The notes under the pieces are model-generated. The model searched no databases. It had not been told where the DNA came from and saw only the letters and a list, made by a program, of their open reading frames with translations. DNA of 63,056 bases, filler included, from Anaerolineae bacterium (GTDB taxonomy: Bacteria > Chloroflexota > Anaerolineae > B4-G1 > DUEL01), in assembly GCA_041082215.1 (NCBI GenBank). It is 15 parts of 15 records of this genome, joined end to end, with 100 filler letters (N's around TTAATTAATTAA, not from the genome) between each part and the next. Parts side by side here need not be neighbours in the genome. Positions count along the whole stretch, not along the records: positions 1 to 4,995 come from JBDOIF010000103.1; positions 5,096 to 9,680 come from JBDOIF010000132.1; positions 9,781 to 15,056 come from JBDOIF010000017.1; 12 more parts are not named here. One strand, 5' to 3'. A program made the position numbers and the translations under genes. This document shows positions 1 through 10,079 of the stretch, in pieces; position 1 is the first letter of the stretch, and each line of letters opens with the position of its first letter.

Positions 1-182
1 TCAAGCCCGGCGCGGGGGTCGTCACTACCCGTAACCACGTCCATTTCGTGGTGACGGAGTACGGGGTGGCCGATCTGTACGGGAAGACGATCCGGCAGCG
101 GGCGCAGGCGCTCATCCGCATCGCCCACCCCGGGTTCCGGGACGAGCTGACGAAGGCGGCGAAAGAGCTGCATTATATCTAG
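1..182 (+). CDS. Acetyl-CoA hydrolase/transferase, C-terminal fragment
   Basis: Frame 3 reads KPGAGVVTTRNHVHFVVTEYGVADLYGKTIRQRAQALIRIAHP...; stop TAG at 180-182; 5'-truncated. Confidence 0.85.
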   Translation, partial: KPGAGVVTTRNHVHFVVTEYGVADLYGKTIRQRAQALIRIAHPGFRDELTKAAKELHYI

Positions 183-188
183 AGCTAT

Positions 189-238
189 GTAGCGCAGGCT
201 GTTAGCCTGCGTGAAACAGGCCTGGCGGCCTGTGCTAC
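189..238. repeat. GTAG-family REP/REPIN-like palindrome
   Basis: GTAG-CGCAGGCT-gtt-AGCCTGCG ... caggcctggcggcctgtg-CTAC; related copies at 313-335 and 59305-59329. Confidence 0.65.
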
Positions 239-312
239 GGGGACTGGTCATCACCACCTGGTTTCGCACAATTCACGTTATTTGCCCGATTCGTGGGATG
301 CGTGATTGAGGT

Positions 313-335
313 GTAGCGCAAGATTTATCTTGCGC
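313..335. repeat. GTAG-family REP-like palindrome
   Basis: GTAGCGCAAGAT-tt-ATCTTGCGC; near-identical to 59305-59329. Confidence 0.65.
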
Positions 336-369
336 AAAGGGGTCGGGCTTCGGAGTGTGGAGGGGAGCG

Positions 370-1200
370 ATGACGCGGAAGCAGTGGCTGGTGATCCTTC
401 TTCTGGGAGTGGCCGACCTGGTAGTGCTGGGCGGGCTGGTCGGCGTGATGGTGCTGGCCCCTCGTCTGGCAGCGAGCCGCGCCCCGTCCCCCACCGCCAC
501 GCCCACGGGGAGGGAAGTGGGGAAGACCTCGCTGGAGCCTACCTGGACCCCCACCCTTCCGCCTACGCTGCCCCCCACGCCGACGCCCGCTCCTACGGCA
601 ACGCGCTCCCCCTCCCCCACACCGCTGACGCTCACCCCCACGCCAACCCCCACCCCCGGGCCGGTCCCTCTGGTGAACGGTGACTTCGAGGATATCCTGC
701 CGGATAGCGTGCCTGGCTGGGAGGTGGCGGCGGAGGTCAACTGGAGGCCGGGCGACGCTTTTAATCCGGACACTTCCTACGGCCGCCCGGAGTTCAAACC
801 CGCCGACGACTCCCGTCGGGTCATCAACGGCTCCACGCTCCAGATACAGACTTACCAGTGGGTGAAGTTCAAAGTGATCCTCTATCAGACCGTGGAGATG
901 GAGCCGGGGAGCCGGGTGTGGTTCGAGGCGAAGGCGCGGGGGTATTCCAGCGGCGGGGGCATCTTGATGCGGGTGGGGATTGACCCCCACGGCGGGGAGG
1001 CCTGCGAGTACGGGGAATGGAGTGAGACGCAGGTCGTTGACCAGGCGATGGGAGTGGTCACCCTCCGCTCGCCGCAGATGATGGTTGCTGTAGGAGGGCG
1101 GGTGACGGTTTGCCTCTATGCCGAGCCAAAGTATGCCCAGATCCACAACGCCGCCTTCTTCGACGACGCGCAACTGTGGGCATCCCCCCCAGGCCGGTAG
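370..1200 (+). CDS. Membrane-anchored protein with Pro/Thr linker and carbohydrate-binding-like domain
   Basis: N-terminal TM helix, PT-rich linker, domain starting LVNGDFE and ending FFDDAQL. Confidence 0.7.
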   Translation: MTRKQWLVILLLGVADLVVLGGLVGVMVLAPRLAASRAPSPTATPTGREVGKTSLEPTWTPTLPPTLPPTPTPAPTATRSPSPTPLTLTPTPTPTPGPVPLVNGDFEDILPDSVPGWEVAAEVNWRPGDAFNPDTSYGRPEFKPADDSRRVINGSTLQIQTYQWVKFKVILYQTVEMEPGSRVWFEAKARGYSSGGGILMRVGIDPHGGEACEYGEWSETQVVDQAMGVVTLRSPQMMVAVGGRVTVCLYAEPKYAQIHNAAFFDDAQLWASPPGR

Positions 1201-1211
1201 CGCTGCTTGGT

Positions 1212-1304
1212 ATGAGGTGTATTTCAGTCTGAGGGCGAGATGTCCCTGGCCCGAGCCGGACCTGGGGAAACACGAATGGCGTGAATGGAAACGAATATCG
1301 CGAA
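1212..1304. repeat. 93-bp dispersed intergenic repeat, copy 1
   Basis: Aligns without gaps to 37609-37701 (atgaggtgtatttc...ggacctggggaaacacgaatggcg...cgaa). Confidence 0.85.
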
Positions 1305-1422
1305 TGGAGCAGGTATAGCTCCTGTTCGCTGTACTCGGGCCATTCGTGGGATTCGCGATCCATCGGCGGGCGAGAGGACCACTCGCCCCGAAATTGAAAT
1401 ATGCCTGTTTGTATGACCGCTG

Positions 1423-1451
1423 TTGACTTGCTGGCTAAGAGCGGGTATAAT
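1423..1451 (+). promoter_or_regulatory. Sigma70-type promoter
   Basis: TTGACT-17 bp-TATAAT upstream of the DUF4388 gene. Confidence 0.7.
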
Positions 1452-1503
1452 TTCTGGTAAATCTGGGATACTCATCCCCGCTAGCTGCAAAGGTAGGCAG
1501 CCT

Positions 1504-2343
1504 ATGGCATTGAAAGGGAATCTGCGGGATTTCAGCACCACCCAACTGCTGAACCTCATCAGTCTGGCACGCAAGACAGGCACTCTCAGCCTCGAAGGCC
1601 GCCAGGATAAGGTGTGGATGTGCTTCAAGGAGGGGAAGCTCATCTACGCCTCTATGGACGGCCAGAACGACCGGCTGGTGGACATCCTGTTGTGGGCGGG
1701 GAAGATCAACGAGGAACAGGCGCGCACCATCCGCGCCCGCGCTGATATTCAGGACGACCGGGAGCTCGGGCTGCTTTTGATCAACGCTGGCTACGTCTCC
1801 CAGCAGGATATCGTGGATAGCGTGCGCAACCATACACTGGACGTCGTCTACAAAGTGTTTACCTGGTCCGACGGCGCCTTCCGCTTCGATGCAACGCTTC
1901 TCCCCGTCAAGGGGCGGATCACCGTCCCCATTGATCTGGAAAGTGTGATTATGGAAGGAAGCCGCCGCCTGAAGGAATGGGAGCGGCTTCAAGAGGAACT
2001 CCCCGACCTGGATATGGCTCTCCGTTTCACGGATCGCCCGAACGCACGGCTGCGGACCATCAACCTCACCGTCGAGGAATGGCGTGTCGTCTCTTTCATC
2101 AATCCCCGCAACACGATCCGCCAGATCGCCCAGTATAACAACATGAGCGACTTCCAGATCCGTCGGATCGTCTACGGCCTCCTCCAGGCCGGGCTGGTGG
2201 AACTGGTCCGGCCCGAAGGGATGGAGGCCAGGCCCACTCCTGCGGTGTCCGGTGCGCCTGCTGGCGTGCCGCTGACCCGACGCCGCCCGGCCGTTAAACG
2301 AAGCGTCATCGAGCGATTGATAGACCGTATCCGGGAGTTGTAG
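1504..2343 (+). CDS. DUF4388 (PatA-N-like) domain protein
   Basis: MALKGNLRDFSTTQLLNLISLARKTGTL... and W-x-x-G-x-F-x-F motif, followed by a winged-helix-like C-terminus. Confidence 0.85.
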   Translation: MALKGNLRDFSTTQLLNLISLARKTGTLSLEGRQDKVWMCFKEGKLIYASMDGQNDRLVDILLWAGKINEEQARTIRARADIQDDRELGLLLINAGYVSQQDIVDSVRNHTLDVVYKVFTWSDGAFRFDATLLPVKGRITVPIDLESVIMEGSRRLKEWERLQEELPDLDMALRFTDRPNARLRTINLTVEEWRVVSFINPRNTIRQIAQYNNMSDFQIRRIVYGLLQAGLVELVRPEGMEARPTPAVSGAPAGVPLTRRRPAVKRSVIERLIDRIREL

Positions 2344-2347
2344 TTCA

Positions 2348-2887
2348 ATGCAGACTGTCAAAATGGTGGTGACCGGCCCCTTTGCAGCGGGGAAGACCCA
2401 GTTTATTCAGACCATCAGTGAAATTGACGTCGTCGCCACGGAGGCCAAGCTTACCCGCTCCGAGGAGCGGATCAAGGATCAGACAACGGTGGCGATGGAT
2501 TTCGGGCGCATCACCATAGATGAGGACCTGGTCCTTTACCTCTTCGGCACGCCCGGCCAGCGCCGCTTCGATTTTATGTGGGAAATCCTCTCCGAAGGGA
2601 TGCTCGGCTTTGTCGTCCTGGTGGATAGCGTCCGGCCGGAGACGTTCCGGGAAGCCCGCAGTATCCTGGATACCTTCCGCTCCTATGCGCCCACGCCCTA
2701 CGTGGTGGCAGCAAACAAGCAGGATATGCCGGACGCCTGGACCCCCGAGGACCTGCGTATCGCTCTCCGGATAGACCCGGATGTGAAGGTGCTCCCGTGC
2801 GTCGCCACAGATAAAGAAAGTGTGAAGGCTGTCCTGCTTGAGCTCCTGTACTCCATTCTGGAACTGATGGACGAGGAGGGAGAGTAG
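2348..2887 (+). CDS. MglA/conservon-type small GTPase
   Basis: GPFAAGKT P-loop, TTVAMDFG, LFGTPGQRRF, ANKQD. Confidence 0.9.
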   Translation: MQTVKMVVTGPFAAGKTQFIQTISEIDVVATEAKLTRSEERIKDQTTVAMDFGRITIDEDLVLYLFGTPGQRRFDFMWEILSEGMLGFVVLVDSVRPETFREARSILDTFRSYAPTPYVVAANKQDMPDAWTPEDLRIALRIDPDVKVLPCVATDKESVKAVLLELLYSILELMDEEGE

Positions 2888-2982
2888 AACGCTGTGCCGA
2901 TAGCCCAGGGAGGCGGACGCCCGGTGCCCGTCGGCCGACGGGGTCCGTGCGTCCGCCTTTCAGTGAGTGAATGAGGTGGCCT

Positions 2983-4638
2983 GTGGCAGAGACTCCTTTC
3001 TCTCTCGTTTGCGCCCGACCCTTCTCGGCCGCCGCGCGGCAGGAGAATCTGGACCGGCTATCCGCTGAGGTCTTCGACCTGCTGGTTATCGGCGGGGGGA
3101 TCACCGGCGTCTGGGTGGCGCGGGATGCAGCCTTGCGCGGCTTCCGCACCGCGCTGGTGGAAAAGGAGGACTTCGGTACAGGAACCAGCAGCCGCTCCTC
3201 CCGGATGATCCACGGCGGACTCCGGTATCTGGAAAACTACCAGCTCGGCCTGGTCTTTCAGTGCTGTAACGAGCGGCGGATCCTGCGCCGGATAGCGCCC
3301 CGCCTGGTGCGTCCCCTCCCCTTCCTCTACCCCCTCTACCGGGGGCAGAAACCGGCTCCCTGGAAGCTTCGCATGGGGCTTACCCTCTACGATGCCCTGG
3401 GGCTTTTCCAGAACGTCCAGCCTCACCGCTGGCTGGACCCGGCGGAGGTGGCCCGGCGGGAGCCGCTCCTGGGAGGGCGAGGCCTTCTGGGGGCGGCCCG
3501 CTTCTACGATGCCCGCGTGGACGATGCCCGGCTGACGATGCTCGTCGCCCGCGCCGCCCACGCCGAAGGAGCCGTCGTCGCCAACTACGCTGAGGTGGTG
3601 GGCCTGCTGAGGGCGGACGGCCGGGTTCGGGGGGCGGTGGTGCGGGACCGGATCGGCGGGAAGGAGCTGGAGGTGCAGGCCCGCGTGGTGGTCAACGCCA
3701 CCGGCGTCTGGGTGGACACAATCCGGCAGCAGGATGCCCACTTCAAGGGCCGCACCGTCCGCCCCACGAAAGGCATCCACCTGATCCTCCCCCGCCAGCG
3801 GCTCTTCACCCAGCACGCCGTCGCCTTCGACTCCCCCCGCGATGGCCGCCATATCTTCCTCTTCCCCTGGGGACAGCACGCCCTCGTCGGCACCACCGAT
3901 ACCGACTATGATGGGGACCTGGACCGACCGGCGGCGGCGAGGGAGGATGTGGAGTACCTGCTGGAGGCCCTGGCCTACGTCTTTCCCGGCGCCCAGGTCG
4001 GCCCCGGAGACATCGTCAGCACCTATGCCGGGCTGCGCCCCCTGATCTACGCCGAGGGAGGCACGTATGCTCTCTCCAGGGAGCACCAGGTGCTGGAAAG
4101 CCCCTCCGGGCTGATCACTGTGGCGGGGGGCAAACTGACCACCGGCCGGTTGATGGCGGAGCAGATTGTGGACCGGGTGGAGCGACGGCTGGGAGAGGAG
4201 TTCGGCGTCCACGCTGCGCAATCCTGCCGTACACGGGAGCCTCTGCCGGGGGCCGGGCCGGTATATGCCGCCGCCGCAGCGGAGGATGAGGAAGCTCACG
4301 CCTACCTGACCAGCACCTACGGAGCCGATGCCGCCTGGGTGCTGGCCTACGCCGAGGAAAACCCGGTCCTGGGGAAGCGGATCGTGCCAGAGCTGCCTTA
4401 TCTGATGGCAGAGCCGCTGTACGCGGTCCAGCATGAGATGGCGCTGACCCTGAACGACGTCCTTATCCGCCGCACCCATGTCATCTATGAGGTACGGGGT
4501 GGGGGGCTGGACCGGGCGCGGGCAGTGGCAGAGGTGATGGCCCCCCGCCTCGGATGGGACGAGGCCGAGATCGGACGGCAGGTGGAGGCATATGCCGACC
4601 AGGTGGCGCTGACCCAGGCCTGGCGGGAGGAGGGGTAG
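2983..4638 (+). CDS. glpD: FAD-dependent glycerol-3-phosphate dehydrogenase/oxidase
   Basis: IGGGITG, GTSSRSSRMIHGGLRYLE, GTTD, AGLRPL, GGKLTT. Confidence 0.9.
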   Translation: MAETPFSLVCARPFSAAARQENLDRLSAEVFDLLVIGGGITGVWVARDAALRGFRTALVEKEDFGTGTSSRSSRMIHGGLRYLENYQLGLVFQCCNERRILRRIAPRLVRPLPFLYPLYRGQKPAPWKLRMGLTLYDALGLFQNVQPHRWLDPAEVARREPLLGGRGLLGAARFYDARVDDARLTMLVARAAHAEGAVVANYAEVVGLLRADGRVRGAVVRDRIGGKELEVQARVVVNATGVWVDTIRQQDAHFKGRTVRPTKGIHLILPRQRLFTQHAVAFDSPRDGRHIFLFPWGQHALVGTTDTDYDGDLDRPAAAREDVEYLLEALAYVFPGAQVGPGDIVSTYAGLRPLIYAEGGTYALSREHQVLESPSGLITVAGGKLTTGRLMAEQIVDRVERRLGEEFGVHAAQSCRTREPLPGAGPVYAAAAAEDEEAHAYLTSTYGADAAWVLAYAEENPVLGKRIVPELPYLMAEPLYAVQHEMALTLNDVLIRRTHVIYEVRGGGLDRARAVAEVMAPRLGWDEAEIGRQVEAYADQVALTQAWREEG

Positions 4639-4648
4639 GTTTGAAACG

Positions 4649-4995
4649 ATGCGGCTGACGAAGCGGCAGTGGGCCGTTGTTCAGGGGCTGTCCGTGACCT
4701 CATTCCTGGTGCTCTGGCTGCTGGGGCTGGGGGCACTGGGGATCACCTTCGCCACGGCGGGCCGGCTCTCCCCCTCCCCCACCGTCCAGGCCGCTGCCCT
4801 TCAGCCTTCCCCGTCCCCCACAGCCACCTCATCCCCCACCGCCCCCCTCCCCCCTGCCCCCACACCGACCCCTCGGCCAACCCGCACTCCCCTCCCCACC
4901 CGCACCCCCAGGCCAACCCGCACCCCCTGGCCCACCCCTACCCCCCTCCCCACCCCCACCCCCGCGCCTACCCCCCTGCCCACTTCTACATCTCT
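4649..4995 (+). CDS. Membrane-anchored Pro/Thr-rich protein, 3'-truncated
   Basis: TM helix then PT repeats running into the gap. Confidence 0.6.
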
Positions 4996-5095
4996 NNNNN
5001 NNNNNNNNNNNNNNNNNNNNNNNNNNNNNNNNNNNNNNNTTAATTAATTAANNNNNNNNNNNNNNNNNNNNNNNNNNNNNNNNNNNNNNNNNNNN
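4996..5095. other. Artificial contig linker (first of 14)
   Basis: N-run, TTAATTAATTAA (stops in all frames), N-run; repeated at every contig junction. Confidence 0.98.
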
Positions 5096-5096
5096 C

Positions 5097-5324
5097 GGGT
5101 GGGCTCCCCTGCTGGTGGCCGCCGGGGCGCTGGTCACCGAGATCGGCGGCACGCTCTCCCACGGGGCGATCATCGCCCGGGAGTACGGCCTGCCCGCCGT
5201 CCTCAACGTCCCCGATGCAACCCGCCGCATCCGCACCGGCCAACTTGTCCTTGTGGATGGCTCTACCGGCATTGTCCGCTTGCTGGAAAGGAAAGCCGAC
5301 GCCAGAAAGGGGCGGGGACAATGA
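5097..5324 (+). CDS. PEP-utilising enzyme mobile (phospho-His) domain, C-terminal fragment
   Basis: GWAPLL...TEIGGTLSHGAIIAREYGLPAV...VDGSTGIV. Confidence 0.85.
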   Translation, partial: GWAPLLVAAGALVTEIGGTLSHGAIIAREYGLPAVLNVPDATRRIRTGQLVLVDGSTGIVRLLERKADARKGRGQ

Positions 5325-8300
5325 GAAAAGCAACCTGCTGGACCGTGGCGCTGATTCTTCTCGCGGGTCTCCTGCTGCCGTCCGTCGCCTCGTCGCCCCG
5401 GTCGGACGCACCCCTTGACGACCTGACGCCGAATGAGTACACATTCGTCGGTCGGCGGGGCAGGACCTATACCGCCGCCTGGGATGTGGATACCTACGAG
5501 ATCCGCATCAGCACCCCCGACGGCACATTCCCGTGGGACTGGATGTCTTTCGTCGGGCCGGACGGTGTCATCTCCCTGGGAGGCCTGAGTGACATCGGCA
5601 ACATCTTTACCTTCTCCGACCCATCCAGCCTTTCCGGCTCCAGGCCTGGCGATCTCATCCGGGTCAAAGGGCGGGACATCCATAACCTGGCTCATCTGAC
5701 CAAGATCGGCCTCGTGATCGGTTCCGGCTCGTCAGCGCAACGCGCCTGGTTTTCGGATGGAACGATCACGACCTACTACCTGGCCCCTCACTTCATCGGC
5801 TACGAAGCACGTGTTCTCGGCCGTACCGTCACCGTTCGCCTTTCCCACCTGGCCCCAGCGCCGTTTCAGCCTGTGGGGGTCATCGAAGTGGCGATAGACG
5901 ATCCGACCAACGCACGGCTGGTCCTTGCTACAGACCTGGAACCAGCCCTCAGTTACCTCTATGCGGTCGAGTTTCGGGATACACCGGACACGGTGCTGAG
6001 TTTCGATGCCGGTGCGCAGGCCATTGTCGGGTCGGCGGTGCTGGACACCGAAGACGAGCGTTTTTACGGAAGCCCAGTACGGGCCTACGTCTACAGCAGC
6101 TCTCCACTCCACTCCTGGAGTGCGGCCAACCTTTCGTTTGGAAGCTACCTGAGCGCCGATACGCTGGACAGGCGGATCGCCGCCGGGAGCAACGACGGTC
6201 GTGTGGCCATCTCCGTTGTCGCCCAACCCCTCCAGCGCTTCTACATCGGTGCGACAGTTCTCGACAGCAGCCTTCGCGCCGACCCCTCCGGTCCGATCAA
6301 CGCCCTGCGCGATGCCCGCCTGGCAGCGCTGGGGCAACTGCCGGTGATTGAAGCTACCGACCTGCCAGCCTTTCAATTCGTCAACGTTGTCTCCAATCTG
6401 CTCAACGCCTACCTGATCAACCCCGGTGGCAGGGTTTACGCAGTGGACAAGGCCGTCATATATGCGCCAGATACCATGACCCCACCAACAGTGATCCCCC
6501 ATCTGCTCCCCGACGGCTGGACCGTTGCGTTCCAGGATATGCTCGTCGAGTTCGCCCGCTATCAGTACACTGCCGGGGGGCAGGGCAAGTACTGGTGGAA
6601 AGCCGACCAGAGCGGTTACCCACCAACACCCGGGTGGTATGCCGGCAATATCGTTGATACTTTCCATTTTGTGCCCGATGGACGTGTTGCCGCCCTCTGG
6701 CAGTTTTCCGACCTTTATTCCACAGCCGAGTTCATCAGTTCACTGGCCGGCCTGTATCGGGTCACGGGCGATCTGGGGTACGTGCGTTCTCTGGAAGGGG
6801 CCTTCAACGCGGCCCTTGCTGCCCTGCGGACATTCGACAGCGCCTATGACGCCGAGTTCGGTCAGGACGGCGACCTCTTTCCCAATCTTCTCTACCCGAT
6901 GGCAGACCTGAGCCGTATCCAGGGGGAGTACCCCGCGGAGACCGGACAGGCGATCCGGGCCTACGAGGATGCAGCCGACCTTCTGGATGCCCTGGGCCGC
7001 TCCGCCGAGGCCCAGAGCCTGCGGCAGGACCTAGTTGAGCCGATGCGGGCCTCCTTCGACAACGCGTTCTGGAACAGCAGCCTGGGTTACTACGCGCCCG
7101 TCGCCGATGCCCGTTCGCAGACCAAGTCCAATGGCGCTTTCTACCTGGATAAGTGGTGCCAGACCCTGCTCCCGCTCTTGAAAGGGGTGGTCGGTGAGGG
7201 CCGTCTGGAGACGATGCTGACAACGTACACTGCGGGCGGTTTCTATGAGCCTACCAACGACGTCCACTGGCTCTCTACCGATTCGGAAAACTTCGCCTGG
7301 CGCGGACGGTGGGGGCTGAGTTCCGTATGGACCAACGGCTTTGTAATGCAGGGGGGGTTCTTCGACGGCATCCCGCCGGTGCTGCCGCCCATCGGCTACT
7401 ATCGCCTCGGGTTGACCTCCTCTGGGGACTGGTATACCAATATCTATCTCAACCGCTGGGCCAACCTGGGGCCATATGAGTCTATGATGGAATACAACTT
7501 CCAGCTCCCCGGCCGCTACCAGGAGTCAGCGATCTACATCGAACCGACAATGGCTACGCTCTGGCTGTTCTGGGAGGCGATGGGGCTGAGCGTGGAAGGG
7601 ACCACTGTCACCGTGCAGCCCCGGTTGGGTGGGCCGTTCGTGGCGCGGAATGTGCGGATCACCGCTAATGGGCTCTCGGTAGTGTTCAATTACACCCGCG
7701 ATGCCTACGGGCAGGAGTGCATCGAGATCCTCAGCAATGAGGGGCTGACGGTCCTGGCGCTGAATTCCTCATGTCCGCCGACGCCGACACGCACACCGAC
7801 CTATACCCCCACCTCAACGGCAACGCCCACCCGCACGCCCACCTCAACCCCCACCCCGACGCCGACTCATACGCCTACCTCCACACCGACCCACACCCCC
7901 ACGCCAACCAGCACCCATACCCCGACGCCCACCCGCACGCCGACTCCGACCCCCACGCCCACCTCCACTTCGACCCCGACGCCCACGCCCACCCGCACGC
8001 CGACCCGCACCCCGACACCTACCCGCACCCGCACGCCGACGCCTACCCGCACGCCCACCCTTGAGCCCTCCCAAACGCCGGTGATCTTCTCCCATTTCGT
8101 CTGGCTGCCGATCGTCTCAGCGGGATCAGCCCCTGCCCCGCTCCTCTGTCCCCCCAGCCCAAGCCTTACGGCAGCGCGCGAGGAGTCCACCCTCCTCGGC
8201 CTCCTCGCCCGCGTCCGGGTCGAAGTGACGGTGCTGGATTCAGCCCAGCAGCCGGTCGCCGGGGCGGTGATCCAGGGCCGCTGGGGAACGGGGAGAAGCC

Positions 8301-8452
8301 ATACCGTAGCCGTCACCAATGCCGAAGGGGTCGCTGCGTTCCGCTCCCCCTGGGTCTGGAAACGCGGGAACCTGACCCTCTATCTGGAAGAGATCACCAT
8401 CGCAGGCTGCCCACAAAATCAGCAGGAGGTGCGATATACGATCCGCTGGTGA
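5321..8452 (+). CDS. Large secreted protein, putative six-hairpin glycoside hydrolase-like, with PT repeats
   Basis: Signal peptide MRKATCW..; '[13 protein letters not shown]' and '[13 protein letters not shown]' typical of (alpha/alpha)6 glycosidases; long PT run; FVWLPIV motif. Confidence 0.6.
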   Translation: MRKATCWTVALILLAGLLLPSVASSPRSDAPLDDLTPNEYTFVGRRGRTYTAAWDVDTYEIRISTPDGTFPWDWMSFVGPDGVISLGGLSDIGNIFTFSDPSSLSGSRPGDLIRVKGRDIHNLAHLTKIGLVIGSGSSAQRAWFSDGTITTYYLAPHFIGYEARVLGRTVTVRLSHLAPAPFQPVGVIEVAIDDPTNARLVLATDLEPALSYLYAVEFRDTPDTVLSFDAGAQAIVGSAVLDTEDERFYGSPVRAYVYSSSPLHSWSAANLSFGSYLSADTLDRRIAAGSNDGRVAISVVAQPLQRFYIGATVLDSSLRADPSGPINALRDARLAALGQLPVIEATDLPAFQFVNVVSNLLNAYLINPGGRVYAVDKAVIYAPDTMTPPTVIPHLLPDGWTVAFQDMLVEFARYQYTAGGQGKYWWKADQSGYPPTPGWYAGNIVDTFHFVPDGRVAALWQFSDLYSTAEFISSLAGLYRVTGDLGYVRSLEGAFNAALAALRTFDSAYDAEFGQDGDLFPNLLYPMADLSRIQGEYPAETGQAIRAYEDAADLLDALGRSAEAQSLRQDLVEPMRASFDNAFWNSSLGYYAPVADARSQTKSNGAFYLDKWCQTLLPLLKGVVGEGRLETMLTTYTAGGFYEPTNDVHWLSTDSENFAWRGRWGLSSVWTNGFVMQGGFFDGIPPVLPPIGYYRLGLTSSGDWYTNIYLNRWANLGPYESMMEYNFQLPGRYQESAIYIEPTMATLWLFWEAMGLSVEGTTVTVQPRLGGPFVARNVRITANGLSVVFNYTRDAYGQECIEILSNEGLTVLALNSSCPPTPTRTPTYTPTSTATPTRTPTSTPTPTPTHTPTSTPTHTPTPTSTHTPTPTRTPTPTPTPTSTSTPTPTPTRTPTRTPTPTRTRTPTPTRTPTLEPSQTPVIFSHFVWLPIVSAGSAPAPLLCPPSPSLTAAREESTLLGLLARVRVEVTVLDSAQQPVAGAVIQGRWGTGRSHTVAVTNAEGVAAFRSPWVWKRGNLTLYLEEITIAGCPQNQQEVRYTIRW

Positions 8453-8465
8453 ACCTGGAGGAGGT

Positions 8466-9563
8466 ATGGGACGCTACCCACCCGAAGCCTACCAGCAGCT
8501 TTTCCCTCCCGGACAGGGAGTAAGGGGACGGCCACTGCTCCTGGAGGAGAACGCCGACCACTACCGTGCGGAGCCCCACTTCTTTGAATGGTGGTACTTC
8601 GACGTCGCCTTTCCCGACGGCGGGTGGCTCGTCGCCATCTTCCACTCGGCCCTTTTCAACATGGGGGACCACCGTCCCACCCTCGACCTGCGCTATTATC
8701 CCCCTGGCGGCCCCCCCACCGTCGCCATCGGCCGCTTCTCTCGCCAGGCATACAGGACCGATCCATCTCACTTCCGGATTCATATCGGGGATTCCTGGGT
8801 GATCGAGAAGGAGGGCGCCTACCACCTCCATCTTTCCCAGCCCCCCCTGGAGGCCGAGCTGACTTTTTTCCCCCGGCTGCCCGGCTGGCGGGTGGGGACC
8901 GGGCATCTCTTCGCCGACCTCTCCAGCGGGCAGTTCTTCGACTGGGTAGTGCCAGTGCCCCACGCCCGTGTGAAGGGATGGCTACGGGTGGACGGAACGA
9001 GCAGGCAGGTGACCGGCATGGGCTATCACGATCACAACTGGGGGAATCTCTACCTCCCCTCCGCCTTCCAAGGCTGGCTTTGGGGACGGGTCTGGGGCAA
9101 TAAATGGACGGTGATCTTCGGCGACCTGGTCGCACCTGACGGCAGGGGACGGGTCACTCCTCTCCTGATCGGATGCCACAACCAGGTATGGGAAATGCGG
9201 CAGGGATTCTGGCTCCGAGATGAAGGCGATGGGGCGCCTCACCTGATATTGGAGATGGCCGGAGGGACCGGCCCCACCCTCTCCCTGAGCCTCGCCCGAC
9301 CAATGGAATCGGTCCGTTTCGCCGCCCTGCGGCCCTGGTTGGTCCCTATGCGGCGTTGGGCCGAACCTCTCTTCTACCTGAGCCAGCCCGTCCCTGGCCT
9401 GGGCCGGGTGGCGGGAGCATTGCTCGGTGATGGGGACTACCGTCGCTGGCCTGCACGGGGAACGCTCCGCATCGCCGGCAAGAGCGTCACGGTGCAGGGG
9501 GTGGTGGAACGGATGGCGTTCAGTGCGGAAGACCGGTGGTGGGTCCATTCCCTTCGGGATTGA
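8466..9563 (+). CDS. CrtC/AttH-like lipocalin-fold hydratase family protein
   Basis: FEWWYFD and GMGYHDHNWG motifs. Confidence 0.75.
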   Translation: MGRYPPEAYQQLFPPGQGVRGRPLLLEENADHYRAEPHFFEWWYFDVAFPDGGWLVAIFHSALFNMGDHRPTLDLRYYPPGGPPTVAIGRFSRQAYRTDPSHFRIHIGDSWVIEKEGAYHLHLSQPPLEAELTFFPRLPGWRVGTGHLFADLSSGQFFDWVVPVPHARVKGWLRVDGTSRQVTGMGYHDHNWGNLYLPSAFQGWLWGRVWGNKWTVIFGDLVAPDGRGRVTPLLIGCHNQVWEMRQGFWLRDEGDGAPHLILEMAGGTGPTLSLSLARPMESVRFAALRPWLVPMRRWAEPLFYLSQPVPGLGRVAGALLGDGDYRRWPARGTLRIAGKSVTVQGVVERMAFSAEDRWWVHSLRD

Positions 9564-9587
9564 ACTGCACCCTGGGAAGGAGAGAAG

Positions 9588-9680
9588 ATGAGAACAGGGG
9601 GCAAAGAAGCAAGACGCATCCTCTTCTTCCCCAGCTACCGCGGAGGCGGCTTCGGCCACATCGGGCGCTGTCTGGCGCTG
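9588..9680 (+). CDS. Glycosyltransferase (GT-B) N-terminal fragment
   Basis: RILFFPSYRGGGFGHIGRCLAL, truncated by the gap. Confidence 0.6.
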
Positions 9681-9782
9681 NNNNNNNNNNNNNNNNNNNN
9701 NNNNNNNNNNNNNNNNNNNNNNNNTTAATTAATTAANNNNNNNNNNNNNNNNNNNNNNNNNNNNNNNNNNNNNNNNNNNNTC

Positions 9783-10079
9783 GCCGCCATCCGGGAGGCG
9801 ATCAAGGACGCGCTGGACGGCGGCGGGCCTCAGGCGCTCGACTGGCTGTTCGAACAAGAGCCCCAGGCAGCCCTGGCGCTACTACTGGGGCTGGATGCAG
9901 AGCGGACCTGGCTGGCTACGGAGCGAACTGTGAAACGTTTGAAGCAGGTGATTGCCACCGGCCAGGGCCACCAGCTGCGGCGGTGCGTGGCGCTCAATGC
10001 CTTCGAGCAGGTGGAGAGGATTCTGGGGTTTGCAGAAAGGGGAAACGGAAATGGCAAAGATCAGACCGTTCGATGCTGA
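9783..10079 (+). CDS. Hypothetical protein, 5'-truncated
   Basis: Open frame from the contig start to TGA overlapping the next gene (AAIREAIKDALDGG...QTVRC). Confidence 0.55.
   Translation, partial: AAIREAIKDALDGGGPQALDWLFEQEPQAALALLLGLDAERTWLATERTVKRLKQVIATGQGHQLRRCVALNAFEQVERILGFAERGNGNGKDQTVRC

Noticed and set aside
4996..5095. Recurring TTAATTAATTAA flanked by N-runs
   Set aside because: Artificial contig linker; ORFs ending in 'LIN' across it are artefacts
7778..8060. Long ACNCCN repeats, also at 4800-4990 and 480-660
   Set aside because: They encode Pro/Thr linkers; not a CRISPR array or a DNA-level element
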